Assembly (NCBI GenBank): GCA_033763455.1
Contig: JANRKO010000043.1
Span: 96,001 to 160,000, forward strand
Reading direction: 5' to 3'
From: Polyangiaceae bacterium
GTDB taxonomy: Bacteria > Myxococcota_A > Polyangia > Polyangiales > Polyangiaceae
DNA length: 64,000 bases
Positions 1 to 9,173 of the stretch are shown one piece after another. The number at the start of each line of letters is the position of its first letter. Position 1 is the stretch's first letter. Under the pieces are notes generated by a model that saw nothing but the letters and a program-made list of their open reading frames with translations, was not told the DNA's origin and did no database searches. A program made the position numbers and the translations under genes.

Positions 1-1
1 A

Positions 2-1024
2 CGCGCCGCCGAAATTGTACTCCGTGAATGGGAGCGACGTGCCGCCGATCCGACCTACGCAGCCTCGCACGCGACCTCGATCGAACAAGCCCTCAAACAG
101 TTTTTGACAGATCGCCTTTTTAAGGGGAGAGCAGCGGGCACCCTTTCGAGCTATCGGGTGAAGGCGGGGCATGTGGTGCGGTTGTTCGGCGGCGACACCT
201 CGCTGGCGAAGGTAGACGCGCGGGCAGTGGATCGATTTATCGAGACTCGCTTGGGCGAGGGCGCTTCGAGGAACACGGTGCACAAGGAACTCACAGTGCT
301 GCGTGCGACACTTAAGGTAGCTAAGCGGCGAGGGGAGTTCCCCCGCGACATCGATGCGGTGATGCCTGATGGATTTTCTGCGGCTTACACGCCCCGCACG
401 CGCTTTCTCACCGCGCTCGACGCGCAAAAGCTTTTCGCTGAGCTCAGCCCCGATCGGGCGGCGCTCGTGGCGTTCATCCTCGCCACGGGGGCCAGGTGGG
501 GCGAGGCGGTGGCAGCTCGGTTTGAAGACGTCGATCAGGCGAGGGGGCTCGTATTTCTTAGAGGTACCAAGACGGAAGGCTCTTTGCGTACTGTTCCGAT
601 CGTCGGCGCAGGAGTTCCGCTGTTGGATCACGCGCTCCGCCACGCGGAGGGCCAAGATGGGTTCTTGTTCACCGCCTGGGGCAACGTGCGCCGTGACTTG
701 GCGGTAGCTTGCAAGCACGCGGGCATTGCGAGCGTGACACCTAATGATCTCCGCCGCACCTGTGCGACATGGCTGCGCCAGCGCGATATTGAGCCGCACT
801 TGATCGCCGCGGTGCTCGGCCATCGCGACTCCCGCATGGTGGAGCGCGTGTATGGCCGCCTCCCCACCGCATCCCTCAAGTATTCGCTGGAAACTAGGCT
901 CGGCGAACCCGCGGAACCCTGTAGCGCATTTGTAGCAAACACGAGCAGCCCCGAGCGTTCCCAGAGACACAAGAGACACCCCCAACCCCCGATCCACTGG
1001 CTCTTGTCGCTAGAAGGTGGGTAG
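2..1024 (+). CDS. Tyrosine recombinase/phage-type integrase, 5'-truncated by the window edge; 3' end hit by ISL3
   Basis: Frame open from nt 2 (RAAEIVLREWERR...). Catalytic motifs TGARWGE (R), GTKT (K), PNDLRRT (N replaces H in HxxR), LGH, VYG (Y). Last 8 codons derive from the IS left end. Confidence 0.92.
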   Translation, partial: RAAEIVLREWERRAADPTYAASHATSIEQALKQFLTDRLFKGRAAGTLSSYRVKAGHVVRLFGGDTSLAKVDARAVDRFIETRLGEGASRNTVHKELTVLRATLKVAKRRGEFPRDIDAVMPDGFSAAYTPRTRFLTALDAQKLFAELSPDRAALVAFILATGARWGEAVAARFEDVDQARGLVFLRGTKTEGSLRTVPIVGAGVPLLDHALRHAEGQDGFLFTAWGNVRRDLAVACKHAGIASVTPNDLRRTCATWLRQRDIEPHLIAAVLGHRDSRMVERVYGRLPTASLKYSLETRLGEPAEPCSAFVANTSSPERSQRHKRHPQPPIHWLLSLEGG

Positions 1025-2327
1025 TCGGAAAATTGGGCAGGGCTGGGAGATTTCTGGGACGGGTTGGGTGCGAACCAACAACCCCGAGCCAGAGGTCCAG
1101 CCATGCCCGACGAAAGTTTAATCCAGACTTTGCTTTTGCCCGAACTTTCTCTGATTTCTTTTAGGAGGCTGCGTGACAGCCGAGTCATCGAGGTGGTGGC
1201 GAAAAAGGAGCCCCAGATGGAGTACTGCCCCAAGTGCGCGACGCCGTCAGCGTCGACGTACGATACGCGGCGGGTGAGGCTCAAAGATGAGCCTTTCCGA
1301 ACCTTTAGGGTATTTCTGACGGTGGTGAAGCGCCGGCTGTGGTGCAAGCCATGCGGCAAAGCGTTTACGGAGCCACTCGGTTGGGTCCGAAAGGGACACC
1401 GCCATACGGAGCGCTACGGGCGCGCGGTCATGGGTGCCTGCGAGCGCTACGTCGATTTGAAGCAGGTACGGCAGGACTTCAAGTGCTCAGGCGGGTGGCT
1501 GTACCGCACGTTGTATCGGCACCTCGAACTGCAGCGCCGCAAGCGCCTGTACCCGTGGCCAAGCAGACTTGGCATCGACGAGCACTTCTTCCGCCGCGGA
1601 AAAAATGGCTTCCGCGAATTTGTCACAGTGTTTGTCGACCAGAAAAACCATCGCCTCATGGAGGTGGCCGAAGGGCGCACCGGGCCGGAGCTCGAAGCCG
1701 CGCTTGACTACATTCCAGGGCGAGAAAACGTGCGCGTCGTGGCCATCGACATGAGCGACTCGTACAAGGCCTTTGTGCGACGGTTTTTTCCCCAGGCCAT
1801 CATTGTGGCCGACAAGTTCCATGTGCTGCGTTTGCTTAGCCCGGCCATCAACAAGCAACGTAAGGCCATTACGGGCGACAAGCGCTCGCTGCCAGTGCGT
1901 CGCTTGCTGCTGCGTAACGGCCACAGTTTGGAGCCCCAAACGCGCCGAACGCTCAGTGCCTGGCTCACTCAGCACCCAGCGCTCCGCGAGCTATACGAAG
2001 CCAAGGAAGCTCTGGTGCGCTTCTACCGCATTCGGAGCTTCAAGCAGGCTTCTCGTTTCCTCACAGGCATCACCGACCGTCTCGCCGACTCAGCGCTCCC
2101 CGAGCTTCAAACCCTGCGCAACACCCTCATGCGCTGGCGACATCAGGTCCTCGCATACTTCCGAACCCGCCTCACCAACGGCATGACCGAAGGCTTCAAC
2201 TGCAAGGCCAAGCTCGTCAAACGCCGTGCCTACGGCTATAGGAGCTTCACCAACTACCGCCTCAGACTTCTAAACGCTTGTGCTTAATCAGCTTTCCGGT
2301 CCCACCCACCATCGAGCGAGAAGACCC
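999..2327 (+). mobile_element. ISL3-family insertion sequence
   Basis: IRL GGCTCTTGTCGCTAGAAGGTGGGT (from 999) vs reverse complement of IRR GGGTCTTCTCGCTCGATGGTGGGT (to 2327), 20/24 match. Encloses a single transposase. No 8-bp target duplication seen. Confidence 0.92.
1103..2287 (+). CDS. ISL3-family transposase
   Basis: Zn finger CPKC...CKPC, GIDE, AIDMS, ADKFHV, TNGMTEGFNCKAKLVKRRAYGYRSF. ATG 1103 preceded by GAGGT. Confidence 0.95.
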   Translation: MPDESLIQTLLLPELSLISFRRLRDSRVIEVVAKKEPQMEYCPKCATPSASTYDTRRVRLKDEPFRTFRVFLTVVKRRLWCKPCGKAFTEPLGWVRKGHRHTERYGRAVMGACERYVDLKQVRQDFKCSGGWLYRTLYRHLELQRRKRLYPWPSRLGIDEHFFRRGKNGFREFVTVFVDQKNHRLMEVAEGRTGPELEAALDYIPGRENVRVVAIDMSDSYKAFVRRFFPQAIIVADKFHVLRLLSPAINKQRKAITGDKRSLPVRRLLLRNGHSLEPQTRRTLSAWLTQHPALRELYEAKEALVRFYRIRSFKQASRFLTGITDRLADSALPELQTLRNTLMRWRHQVLAYFRTRLTNGMTEGFNCKAKLVKRRAYGYRSFTNYRLRLLNACA

Positions 2328-2348
2328 CTAAGAAGAACCCGGATTTCT

Positions 2349-2423
2349 TGGAGGTGAGGACCGGATTCGAACCGGCGTATAACGGTTTTGCAAACCGTTG
2401 CCTAACCGCTTGGCTACCTCACC
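2349..2423 (-). tRNA. tRNA-Cys(GCA)
   Basis: Minus strand GGTGAGGTAGCCAAGCGGTTAGGCAACGGTTTGCAAAACCGTTATACGCCGGTTCGAATCCGGTCCTCACCTCCA: acceptor stem, anticodon loop TTGCAAA, GGTTCGAATCC T-arm, encoded CCA. Confidence 0.97.
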
Positions 2424-2539
2424 GTAGACCCGCCACAAGGGCAGGCCCGCTTATGTCCCACTCGTTCCTTTGGCTGTCAAGCGCCCGCACCGTGCCGGCG
2501 CGCCCCGGCGAGTGGGAGTGCGGCCAAAACAAAAAAGCT

Positions 2540-3187
2540 TCATGGATCTTCGGCGAGGTCCTCGGCGAGGTAGCCCAGGATCACTTCGTCGAGTGATCGC
2601 TCGCTCATCGGATCGTCACCGAAAATCGAGCGACTGCTCGCTCCTGGCATCCCACCGAAAGTGGCAGCTGGGCGCCTGCCTGGCTGCTTCGGCGCCGGCT
2701 CCCTGGGGGGTTGCGGGCCGCGAGAGGCGGGCGTGGGCGGATGCGTGGGCACAGGCGGACGCACAGGTGCGGGTGCGCGGGAAGGTGCGGCCATGGGTGT
2801 CGGGTCAGCCGTGGGGCTCGCGTCAGCCACGTACCTTTTGGAGTTGGGAACCGTTTCTGATTCGGGTTCAGGGTAGGGACCACAAACCGAAATCACCGCT
2901 TCATCAAATTCTCCCGCGCGAAGAGCGATGAACATGGAGCGGTGCTGCTCTTTCATCAACCCGCGAACGGTTGGCACAAACTCTCGCGTCCCGATATGTT
3001 CGCTGTAGTCGATACGAGCGCTTTTGATGACGCGCCCACCGTCCGCGAACAAGTGGCTCATGATACGTGCGTGGCGAACACCCGAGTCTTCAGTCTGGAT
3101 GTGAAAAAGCCGGCCTTTGTGGCGGATATTGTTGTTGAAGCCTAGGAGCGGCGGAGGATCCACCTTGGCAATAGACTCGTTCTTCAC
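2540..3187 (-). CDS. Myxobacterial conserved protein, FrgA-like
   Basis: N-terminal GFNNNIRHKGRLFHIQTEDSG, Pro-rich linker and C-terminal FGDDPMSERSLDEVILGYL resemble proteins annotated FrgA in myxobacteria (from recall). Confidence 0.6.
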   Translation of the reverse strand: MKNESIAKVDPPPLLGFNNNIRHKGRLFHIQTEDSGVRHARIMSHLFADGGRVIKSARIDYSEHIGTREFVPTVRGLMKEQHRSMFIALRAGEFDEAVISVCGPYPEPESETVPNSKRYVADASPTADPTPMAAPSRAPAPVRPPVPTHPPTPASRGPQPPREPAPKQPGRRPAATFGGMPGASSRSIFGDDPMSERSLDEVILGYLAEDLAEDP

Positions 3188-3294
3188 CAGACCCCTAGAG
3201 TATCACGGTCGAGCAATTGCCACAGCCCTGTGTTTCGGCAGTGAACAGGCGTCCACGATGTCGGATAGTTAAGGAGGTTCAGCGACCACCGGGC

Positions 3295-5244
3295 CTAACG
3301 CGCACCTTCGTCGAGACGGCGCATCCCTTCGAGGAGCAGCGCTTCGGGGCTTTCCTTGATCACTTGCTGGGGTGCGCGGAAGCTCGGTTCCAGCGAAAAT
3401 TCGCCTTCATTCAGTGAAATCATCGCGTAAAATGCATCGGCGCCCCGCACCTTAGCCCACATGGCGTTATAGATGGCGCCATCCACGAAATGGATTTCTC
3501 CGCGCTCGCCGGTCGCCTGGATCTTGAGGGACCCCGTTTTCCGGCCGTGCCACAAAACTTGAACGATGTCTGGCAGGCTCATTTCTTGGAGTGAACCACT
3601 CACGCCCCGGGAGCCCGCAGCTCCTGCGGCTGATTGTTCAATCAACTGTTTCATCTTCGCCACCAGAAGTTCAGCACTCACGGGCTTGGCGACCACGTCG
3701 CTCGCGCCCAATTCAAACGCGCGCTGTGCGTCAGCGGACACCGCTCGCCCCGACATGATGATCCACGGCAACTTCTGGCCCCAGCGTTGCTTGCGGCCGT
3801 GCTCGAGGAGCTGCAAGCCGTCTTGAGGCTTGATATCAAGCTCGCTACATACGATCTCAACGCCTCCCGCTTCCAGGATCTTGAGCGCCTGCTCTGAGGT
3901 AGAGGCAAGCTTTACCTCGAAGCCGCGTTCCACCAAACGCAGCTCCAACACTGTTGTCTCTTCCGGATCGGGATCGATGATCAAGGCGAGGCGTCTGTCG
4001 GCGAGGAGGCGCGCTTTTAGATCTTCGCCAGTAACGGTTAGCTTGAACAGATCCACGAGGTTCGGATCGAAGATTTTGCCTTTGTTGGTGGCTAAGACTT
4101 CGCAAGCTTGTGCGGGGCGTAGCGTCTTTCTGTACGGATTCTTTGGGTTTTGGGTGAGATCCGCGTAGGTATCCGCGATGGCTAAAATGCGCGCGCCGAG
4201 CGGGATCTCTTTGCCGCCGATGCCGCGCGGTAAGCCTTGAGCGTCATACCGCTCGTACATGTTTTCCACGGCCATCAACACTTCGTTGGGTAGCTGAATG
4301 GATTCCACCAAACGCGAGGGTGCTTTGTATTGCTTACTGGCAGAAGCCCGGTGGCCCTCGTAGTCGGCGACGTTAAGAGCCGTGAGGTGGTAGGCGCCCA
4401 TCTTCCCCAGGTCGTGAACATACGCAGCAATCATCGCGCTGGTGCGTTCGGCATCGCTCAAGCGGAGGCGTTCGCAGAGCTTCTTTACCAGGCGTGCTAC
4501 CTGCGCTGAATGTCCGCGCAAATCAGGGCGTGAGTTCTCAACCAAGCTGATAAGAACGTTGAGTGTTTCGAGGTACGCTGTTCCTTCCACCCCACCTGCG
4601 CTGCCGGTGACGGCGCGGCCTTGCGCGGAACGATTCATATCTTCGGCAGAAAATGTGCGTTCCCTCGACGTGCCCTCATGGGCGAGCGAGGTCACGATGC
4701 TCTCCTCTGAGAGCAACCTGCGCTCAAAAACGTCCATCATGGTGCTGAACTGCTGGCGTGCGGCTCGATCCAACTTCGCAAACGCGTGGATATCGCCACC
4801 GTAGGTTTTGGCGATGGCAGCGGCGATGGCTTTGGGGCGCCCCACGAAGGCCTGAACTTGCTTCACGCCGGACACCGCTCGCACGTTGTCCAGCACGGCT
4901 ATGTCGTCCGGATCCGGAGTCACCACACTCAAGGTTCCTGTGGCTTCCGCGTAGAGCACCGGAAACACCAAGCTTCTTTCGGCCACTTTGCGAGGGAGCT
5001 TATCGAGCACGCTGCGGTCGATTTCCGCCTTTGCAAGCTTCTCCGTGGAGACAAAGCGCGTTTTATGCTGGGCCGCCAAGTAGCGGAGGAGGTCCGCCTC
5101 CTCGATGGCTTCGGTTTCAAGCAGCGCTTCTTCCACCCGGTCCCCCGTGCGCGCCATCCAGTTGAGCGAGGCCTCGCGCTGCTCCGGGCGAATGATTTCC
5201 TCAGAGACGAGCTTGTCGAGTAGGGGCGAGGCTCCGGCGCTCAT
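3295..5244 (-). CDS. GSPII_N/MshEN-like + HD-GYP-like + receiver + DUF4388 multidomain signalling protein
   Basis: GHSAQVA, HDLGK, IPLGARILAIADTY, FDPNLV; REC ending KPVS; GSLQEMSLPDIVQVLWHGRKTG (DUF4388). Likely start ATG 5244. Confidence 0.85.
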   Translation of the reverse strand: MSAGASPLLDKLVSEEIIRPEQREASLNWMARTGDRVEEALLETEAIEEADLLRYLAAQHKTRFVSTEKLAKAEIDRSVLDKLPRKVAERSLVFPVLYAEATGTLSVVTPDPDDIAVLDNVRAVSGVKQVQAFVGRPKAIAAAIAKTYGGDIHAFAKLDRAARQQFSTMMDVFERRLLSEESIVTSLAHEGTSRERTFSAEDMNRSAQGRAVTGSAGGVEGTAYLETLNVLISLVENSRPDLRGHSAQVARLVKKLCERLRLSDAERTSAMIAAYVHDLGKMGAYHLTALNVADYEGHRASASKQYKAPSRLVESIQLPNEVLMAVENMYERYDAQGLPRGIGGKEIPLGARILAIADTYADLTQNPKNPYRKTLRPAQACEVLATNKGKIFDPNLVDLFKLTVTGEDLKARLLADRRLALIIDPDPEETTVLELRLVERGFEVKLASTSEQALKILEAGGVEIVCSELDIKPQDGLQLLEHGRKQRWGQKLPWIIMSGRAVSADAQRAFELGASDVVAKPVSAELLVAKMKQLIEQSAAGAAGSRGVSGSLQEMSLPDIVQVLWHGRKTGSLKIQATGERGEIHFVDGAIYNAMWAKVRGADAFYAMISLNEGEFSLEPSFRAPQQVIKESPEALLLEGMRRLDEGAR

Positions 5245-5453
5245 GGTGGGTCGAGCTAGTATACTGGGCGGAAGGCGTGGGCAGAGGGCCTGCCTGTCCA
5301 CCGGGCCCTCACCTTAACAAGCCCCGGCATTTCAGGCGATCGGCCGGGCTCCAGCCGAGCTATTTGAATGGACTGGCGCCGGGCAGGCGATTGGGTTATG
5401 CCCCGCCTCCCTCGGGCCGACCCCCGCCGCTGGGGAAGCCTTCTCCTAAGGTC

Positions 5454-5482
5454 TTGACCACGGGGCGGTAGCCCGGTAGGGA
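5454..5482 (+). promoter_or_regulatory. Possible sigma70 promoter for rplM-rpsI
   Basis: TTGACC-N17-TAGGGA; the -10 is weak. Confidence 0.35.
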
Positions 5483-5519
5483 GCTCCTCCCTTTTTTTCA
5501 GCATTGATAGGCCCCTGAA

Positions 5520-5963
5520 ATGACGACGTACGTTGCTAATGCCGCCGAAGCCCTCGCCGCCCGCAAATGGTGGGTGGTAGATGCCACTGGTTTGCCGCTT
5601 GGGCGCCTTGCTAGCCGGGTGGCCACCATTTTGCGTGGCAAGAACAAGGCGATCTTCAGCCCCTTCATGGACACGGGGGATTTCGTGATCGTCGTGAACG
5701 CCAACAAGGTGAAGCTCACGGGCCGCAAGGCGGAGCAGAAGATTTACTACCGCCACTCGCGGTATCCCGGGTCGCTGAAGCAGGAGCCCTTCGAGTCGCT
5801 CGTGCAGCACGCCCCCGAAGTACCGATCCAGCAAGCCGTGAAGCGCATGCTGCCCAAGAACGTGCTCGGGCGTACTCTTCTCGGCAAGCTCAAGATTTAC
5901 CCAACTGCGGATCATCCGCATTCTGCCCAACAGCCACAGCAGCTCCAACTCAAGACCGCCTAA
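5520..5963 (+). CDS. rplM: 50S ribosomal protein L13
   Basis: [41 protein letters not shown]. Confidence 0.99.
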   Translation: MTTYVANAAEALAARKWWVVDATGLPLGRLASRVATILRGKNKAIFSPFMDTGDFVIVVNANKVKLTGRKAEQKIYYRHSRYPGSLKQEPFESLVQHAPEVPIQQAVKRMLPKNVLGRTLLGKLKIYPTADHPHSAQQPQQLQLKTA

Positions 5964-5973
5964 GGCAACGACG

Positions 5974-6369
5974 ATGACCACCGCTCAGACATTTTACGCT
6001 ACCGGAAAGCGCAAGACAGCCGTTGCTCGCGTTTGGATCTCCAAGGGCGAAGGCAAAATCAGTGTAAACAGCCGCACGATTGAAGACTTCTTTCAGCGTG
6101 AGTCTTCGTGCATGGTGGTGCGCCAGTCCCTTGAGTTGCTAGAAATTGGCGACAAGTACGATGTGCGAGCCACGGTTGCCGGTGGCGGTAACAGCGCTCA
6201 GGCCGAAGCGATGCGCCACGGAATTTCTCGCGCACTTCTTCTGGAAGATGCCGAACGTCGTCGCGCCCTCAAGCGCGCCGGCTACCTGACGCGCGACAGC
6301 CGTCAAAAGGAACGCAAGAAGTACGGTCGCCCCGCGGCTCGTAAGCGTTTCCAGTTTTCCAAGCGCTAA
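5974..6369 (+). CDS. rpsI: 30S ribosomal protein S9
   Basis: [24 protein letters not shown]...QFSKR. Confidence 0.99.
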   Translation: MTTAQTFYATGKRKTAVARVWISKGEGKISVNSRTIEDFFQRESSCMVVRQSLELLEIGDKYDVRATVAGGGNSAQAEAMRHGISRALLLEDAERRRALKRAGYLTRDSRQKERKKYGRPAARKRFQFSKR

Positions 6370-6426
6370 GCCCACGTGCTGCTTGGATGGGCAGCTCTTT
6401 TGCCCTAGTGTTTGGCGTTTTTCGCC

Positions 6427-8607
6427 ATGCACCGTCCATTCAAGATCCGCAGCGATTTTAGGCCTAAGGGAGATCAACCTCGGGCGATTGCTGCCTTGTG
6501 CGCAGGGCTGGATAGGGGCGAGCCCTTTCAGACGCTCCTCGGTATCACGGGGAGCGGCAAGACGTTCACCGTGGCGAACGTCATCCAGCACGTCCAGCGC
6601 CCGACGCTGATTATTGCGCCCAACAAGACGTTGGCCGCTCAGCTCTACGGGGAAATGCGCGATCTTTTCCCGGACAATGCGGTCGCCTTTTTTGTTTCTT
6701 ATTACGACTATTACCAGCCCGAAGCGTACCTGCCGACGACAGACACGTTCATCGATAAGGACGCGATCATCAACGATCAGATCGATCGGATGCGCCACGC
6801 CGCCACGCACGCGCTCCTTTCCCGCAGTGATTGCATCATTGTTGCGAGCGTTAGTTGCATTTATGGCATCGGATCTTCGGAGAGCTATCAGGGCCTTGCG
6901 ATTGAAATCGTAAAGGGTGAAGCCTGCCGCCGCGATGAGCTACTCAGACGATTGGTAGATATTCAATATTCGAGAAACGACGTGGATTTTCACCGCGGCA
7001 CCTTCCGTGTGCGCGGAGACGTGGTGGAGATTTTTCCGGCCTACGAAGAGTCGATGGCGATTCGCATCGAGTTCTTTGGGGACGAAGTGGAGGCGATTAA
7101 AGAGGTCGATCCCATTCGCGGCAAAGTGTTGGGAGAGTTGCCGCGGTACTCCGTTTATCCAGGGTCCCACTACGTTACACCGCGCCAACAGCTGAACCGC
7201 GCGATTGAGGCTATTCGCGTCGAACTGCAAGAGCGTCTCGAGTTTTTTGACAAAGCTGGGCGCTTCTTGGAGAAGCAACGCCTTCTGCAACGGACCTCAT
7301 ACGACCTTGAGATGCTCGAACAGATGGGCTTTGTGCAGGGAATAGAGAACTATTCGCGGCACCTTTCCAACCGAAAGGCGGGCGAGCCTGGCCCCACGCT
7401 CATTGATTACTTTCCCGATGATTTTTTGCTGATCATCGACGAATCGCACCAAACGGTGCCCCAAATTGGGTCCATGTATAAGGGAGATCGGTCGCGTAAG
7501 GAGACGCTCGTAGAGTACGGCTTCCGCCTCCCAAGTGCGCTCGACAATCGTCCGTTGCAGTTCGATGAGTTCGAAAAGTACATGAAGCGGACCATCTTTG
7601 TGTCCGCAACGCCAGGAACGTGGGAGCTGGAGCACTCCAAAGATCAAATTGTGGAGCAATTGATCCGCCCAACCGGGTTGATTGATCCTGAGATTATCCT
7701 CAAGCCCATTGAGGGCCAGGTGGATAATCTCCTGATTGAGATCCGAAAGCGTGTGGCGGCTTCCGAGCGCGTGCTGGTGACCACCTTAACCAAGCGCATG
7801 GCCGAAGATCTCACTGAATATTACACCGAGCTTGGCGTGCGCGTGCGCTACCTGCACTCAGACATCGAGACCTTGGAGCGCATTGAGATCTTGAAGAGCC
7901 TACGAGCGGGGGAGTTCGACGTACTCGTTGGTATTAACTTACTGCGCGAAGGGTTGGATTTGCCTGAGGTGAGCCTGGTGGCGATTCTGGACGCGGATAA
8001 AGAGGGCTTCTTGCGCAGCCCACGTTCGCTCATCCAAACTATCGGGCGCGCCGCTCGCAACCTTCACGGCCAGGTCATCATGTTTGCGGATCGCGTTACC
8101 GATGCCATGGCCTATGCCATCAGCGAGACGGAGCGTCGGCGCGGCATACAAACCGCGTACAACTTGGAGCACAACATTACGCCTGCGTCGGTGAGGCGAG
8201 CGATCCTTGATGTGAGCCCAGCGAGCGGGCAAACTGACTATTATGCGGTGCCACGAGGTGCGGCTTCTGAGGGTGGCGGGCCAGCCAAGGCCCCACCCAA
8301 GCGCAAGGCCGGCGCTGCTGGCGCTGTACCCGCGAGCGAACCCAGTGCCGATGAGCTAGCCGTCATCAAGGAACGGCTCGAAGTGCTCCGCCAGGAGATG
8401 TTTCTCGCGGCTGAGAACCTGCAATTTGAGACGGCCGCGCGCTTGCGCGATGACATTCGCAAGCTTCAAACGTCTGCAGGAGAGGGCACGCCAGGAGTTA
8501 TTCCGCCGCCACCCACTCCTTCGACACCGGCCAAGCGCGGCTCGGCCAAAGGCTCTTCATCGAAGCCCGGCGGTCGGGCTTCTGGCGGGTGGGGGCGGCG
8601 CCGCTAA
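6427..8607 (+). CDS. uvrB: Excinuclease ABC subunit B
   Basis: [53 protein letters not shown]-terminal UVR domain. Confidence 0.99.
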   Translation: MHRPFKIRSDFRPKGDQPRAIAALCAGLDRGEPFQTLLGITGSGKTFTVANVIQHVQRPTLIIAPNKTLAAQLYGEMRDLFPDNAVAFFVSYYDYYQPEAYLPTTDTFIDKDAIINDQIDRMRHAATHALLSRSDCIIVASVSCIYGIGSSESYQGLAIEIVKGEACRRDELLRRLVDIQYSRNDVDFHRGTFRVRGDVVEIFPAYEESMAIRIEFFGDEVEAIKEVDPIRGKVLGELPRYSVYPGSHYVTPRQQLNRAIEAIRVELQERLEFFDKAGRFLEKQRLLQRTSYDLEMLEQMGFVQGIENYSRHLSNRKAGEPGPTLIDYFPDDFLLIIDESHQTVPQIGSMYKGDRSRKETLVEYGFRLPSALDNRPLQFDEFEKYMKRTIFVSATPGTWELEHSKDQIVEQLIRPTGLIDPEIILKPIEGQVDNLLIEIRKRVAASERVLVTTLTKRMAEDLTEYYTELGVRVRYLHSDIETLERIEILKSLRAGEFDVLVGINLLREGLDLPEVSLVAILDADKEGFLRSPRSLIQTIGRAARNLHGQVIMFADRVTDAMAYAISETERRRGIQTAYNLEHNITPASVRRAILDVSPASGQTDYYAVPRGAASEGGGPAKAPPKRKAGAAGAVPASEPSADELAVIKERLEVLRQEMFLAAENLQFETAARLRDDIRKLQTSAGEGTPGVIPPPPTPSTPAKRGSAKGSSSKPGGRASGGWGRRR

Positions 8608-9173
8608 AGAGCCAGTGCGAGCTCTGCGGCGAGCTCTTGTTCGGTCATAACGCGGGTGCCGAAGAATTTCACGACCCCTTCGCGGTTGATGATTACCAGC
8701 GTGGGCAAAGTGGCAACGCCGTAGCTATTGGCAACCATGCCTCCCTCGTCCTCAATGGACATGTAGCGCAAGTTGAGTGTTTGGAGCAACCCGACCGCCT
8801 TTTCCCGCTCGTCGCCGGTGTTGATCCCCACCACCACCAGCTCTTTGCTATACTTCTGCGCAATCAAGTTAACTGCAGGCATCTGTTCTCGGCAAGGCCC
8901 ACACCAGCTCGCCCAGAAATCCAAGAGCACGGCCCGGCCACGCAGGTCAGAGAGCTTCAGCTTGGATTTTTCGCCGCCACCGTAGATGACTGGGAGCATG
9001 AAATCTGGTGCTAGCTTCTGCTTTAGGCTTCGGGCACGGTCGAGCTGGGGTAGCGCGACAAAGCCAAAAAAGGCGCTCACTGTGACAACAAGGAGCACGA
9101 GCGATCCGAAGGAAGCACGCTTCTTAGGGATGCCCGTGGGCGGAGTAGAAAGGTTGCGGGGATGGGACATCAA
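8604..9173 (-). CDS. Membrane-anchored TlpA/ResA-type thiol-disulfide oxidoreductase
   Basis: One TM segment, [13 protein letters not shown] cis-Pro loop. Confidence 0.92.
   Translation of the reverse strand: MMSHPRNLSTPPTGIPKKRASFGSLVLLVVTVSAFFGFVALPQLDRARSLKQKLAPDFMLPVIYGGGEKSKLKLSDLRGRAVLLDFWASWCGPCREQMPAVNLIAQKYSKELVVVGINTGDEREKAVGLLQTLNLRYMSIEDEGGMVANSYGVATLPTLVIINREGVVKFFGTRVMTEQELAAELALAL

Noticed and set aside
2450..2480. Perfect TTGACA upstream of tRNA-Cys on the minus strand
   Set aside because: No convincing -10 at 16-18 nt spacing, so it is not called as a promoter.
2348..2596. 82-aa ORF MEVRTGFEPAYNGFANRCL...
   Set aside because: Antisense translation of tRNA-Cys; not an independent gene. 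Relevant only as a possible integrase read-through tail.
5256..6810. Long minus-strand ORFs (241 aa, 223 aa)
   Set aside because: Antisense shadows of rplM, rpsI and uvrB, typical of high-GC DNA; the same applies to most short overlapping ORFs in the track.
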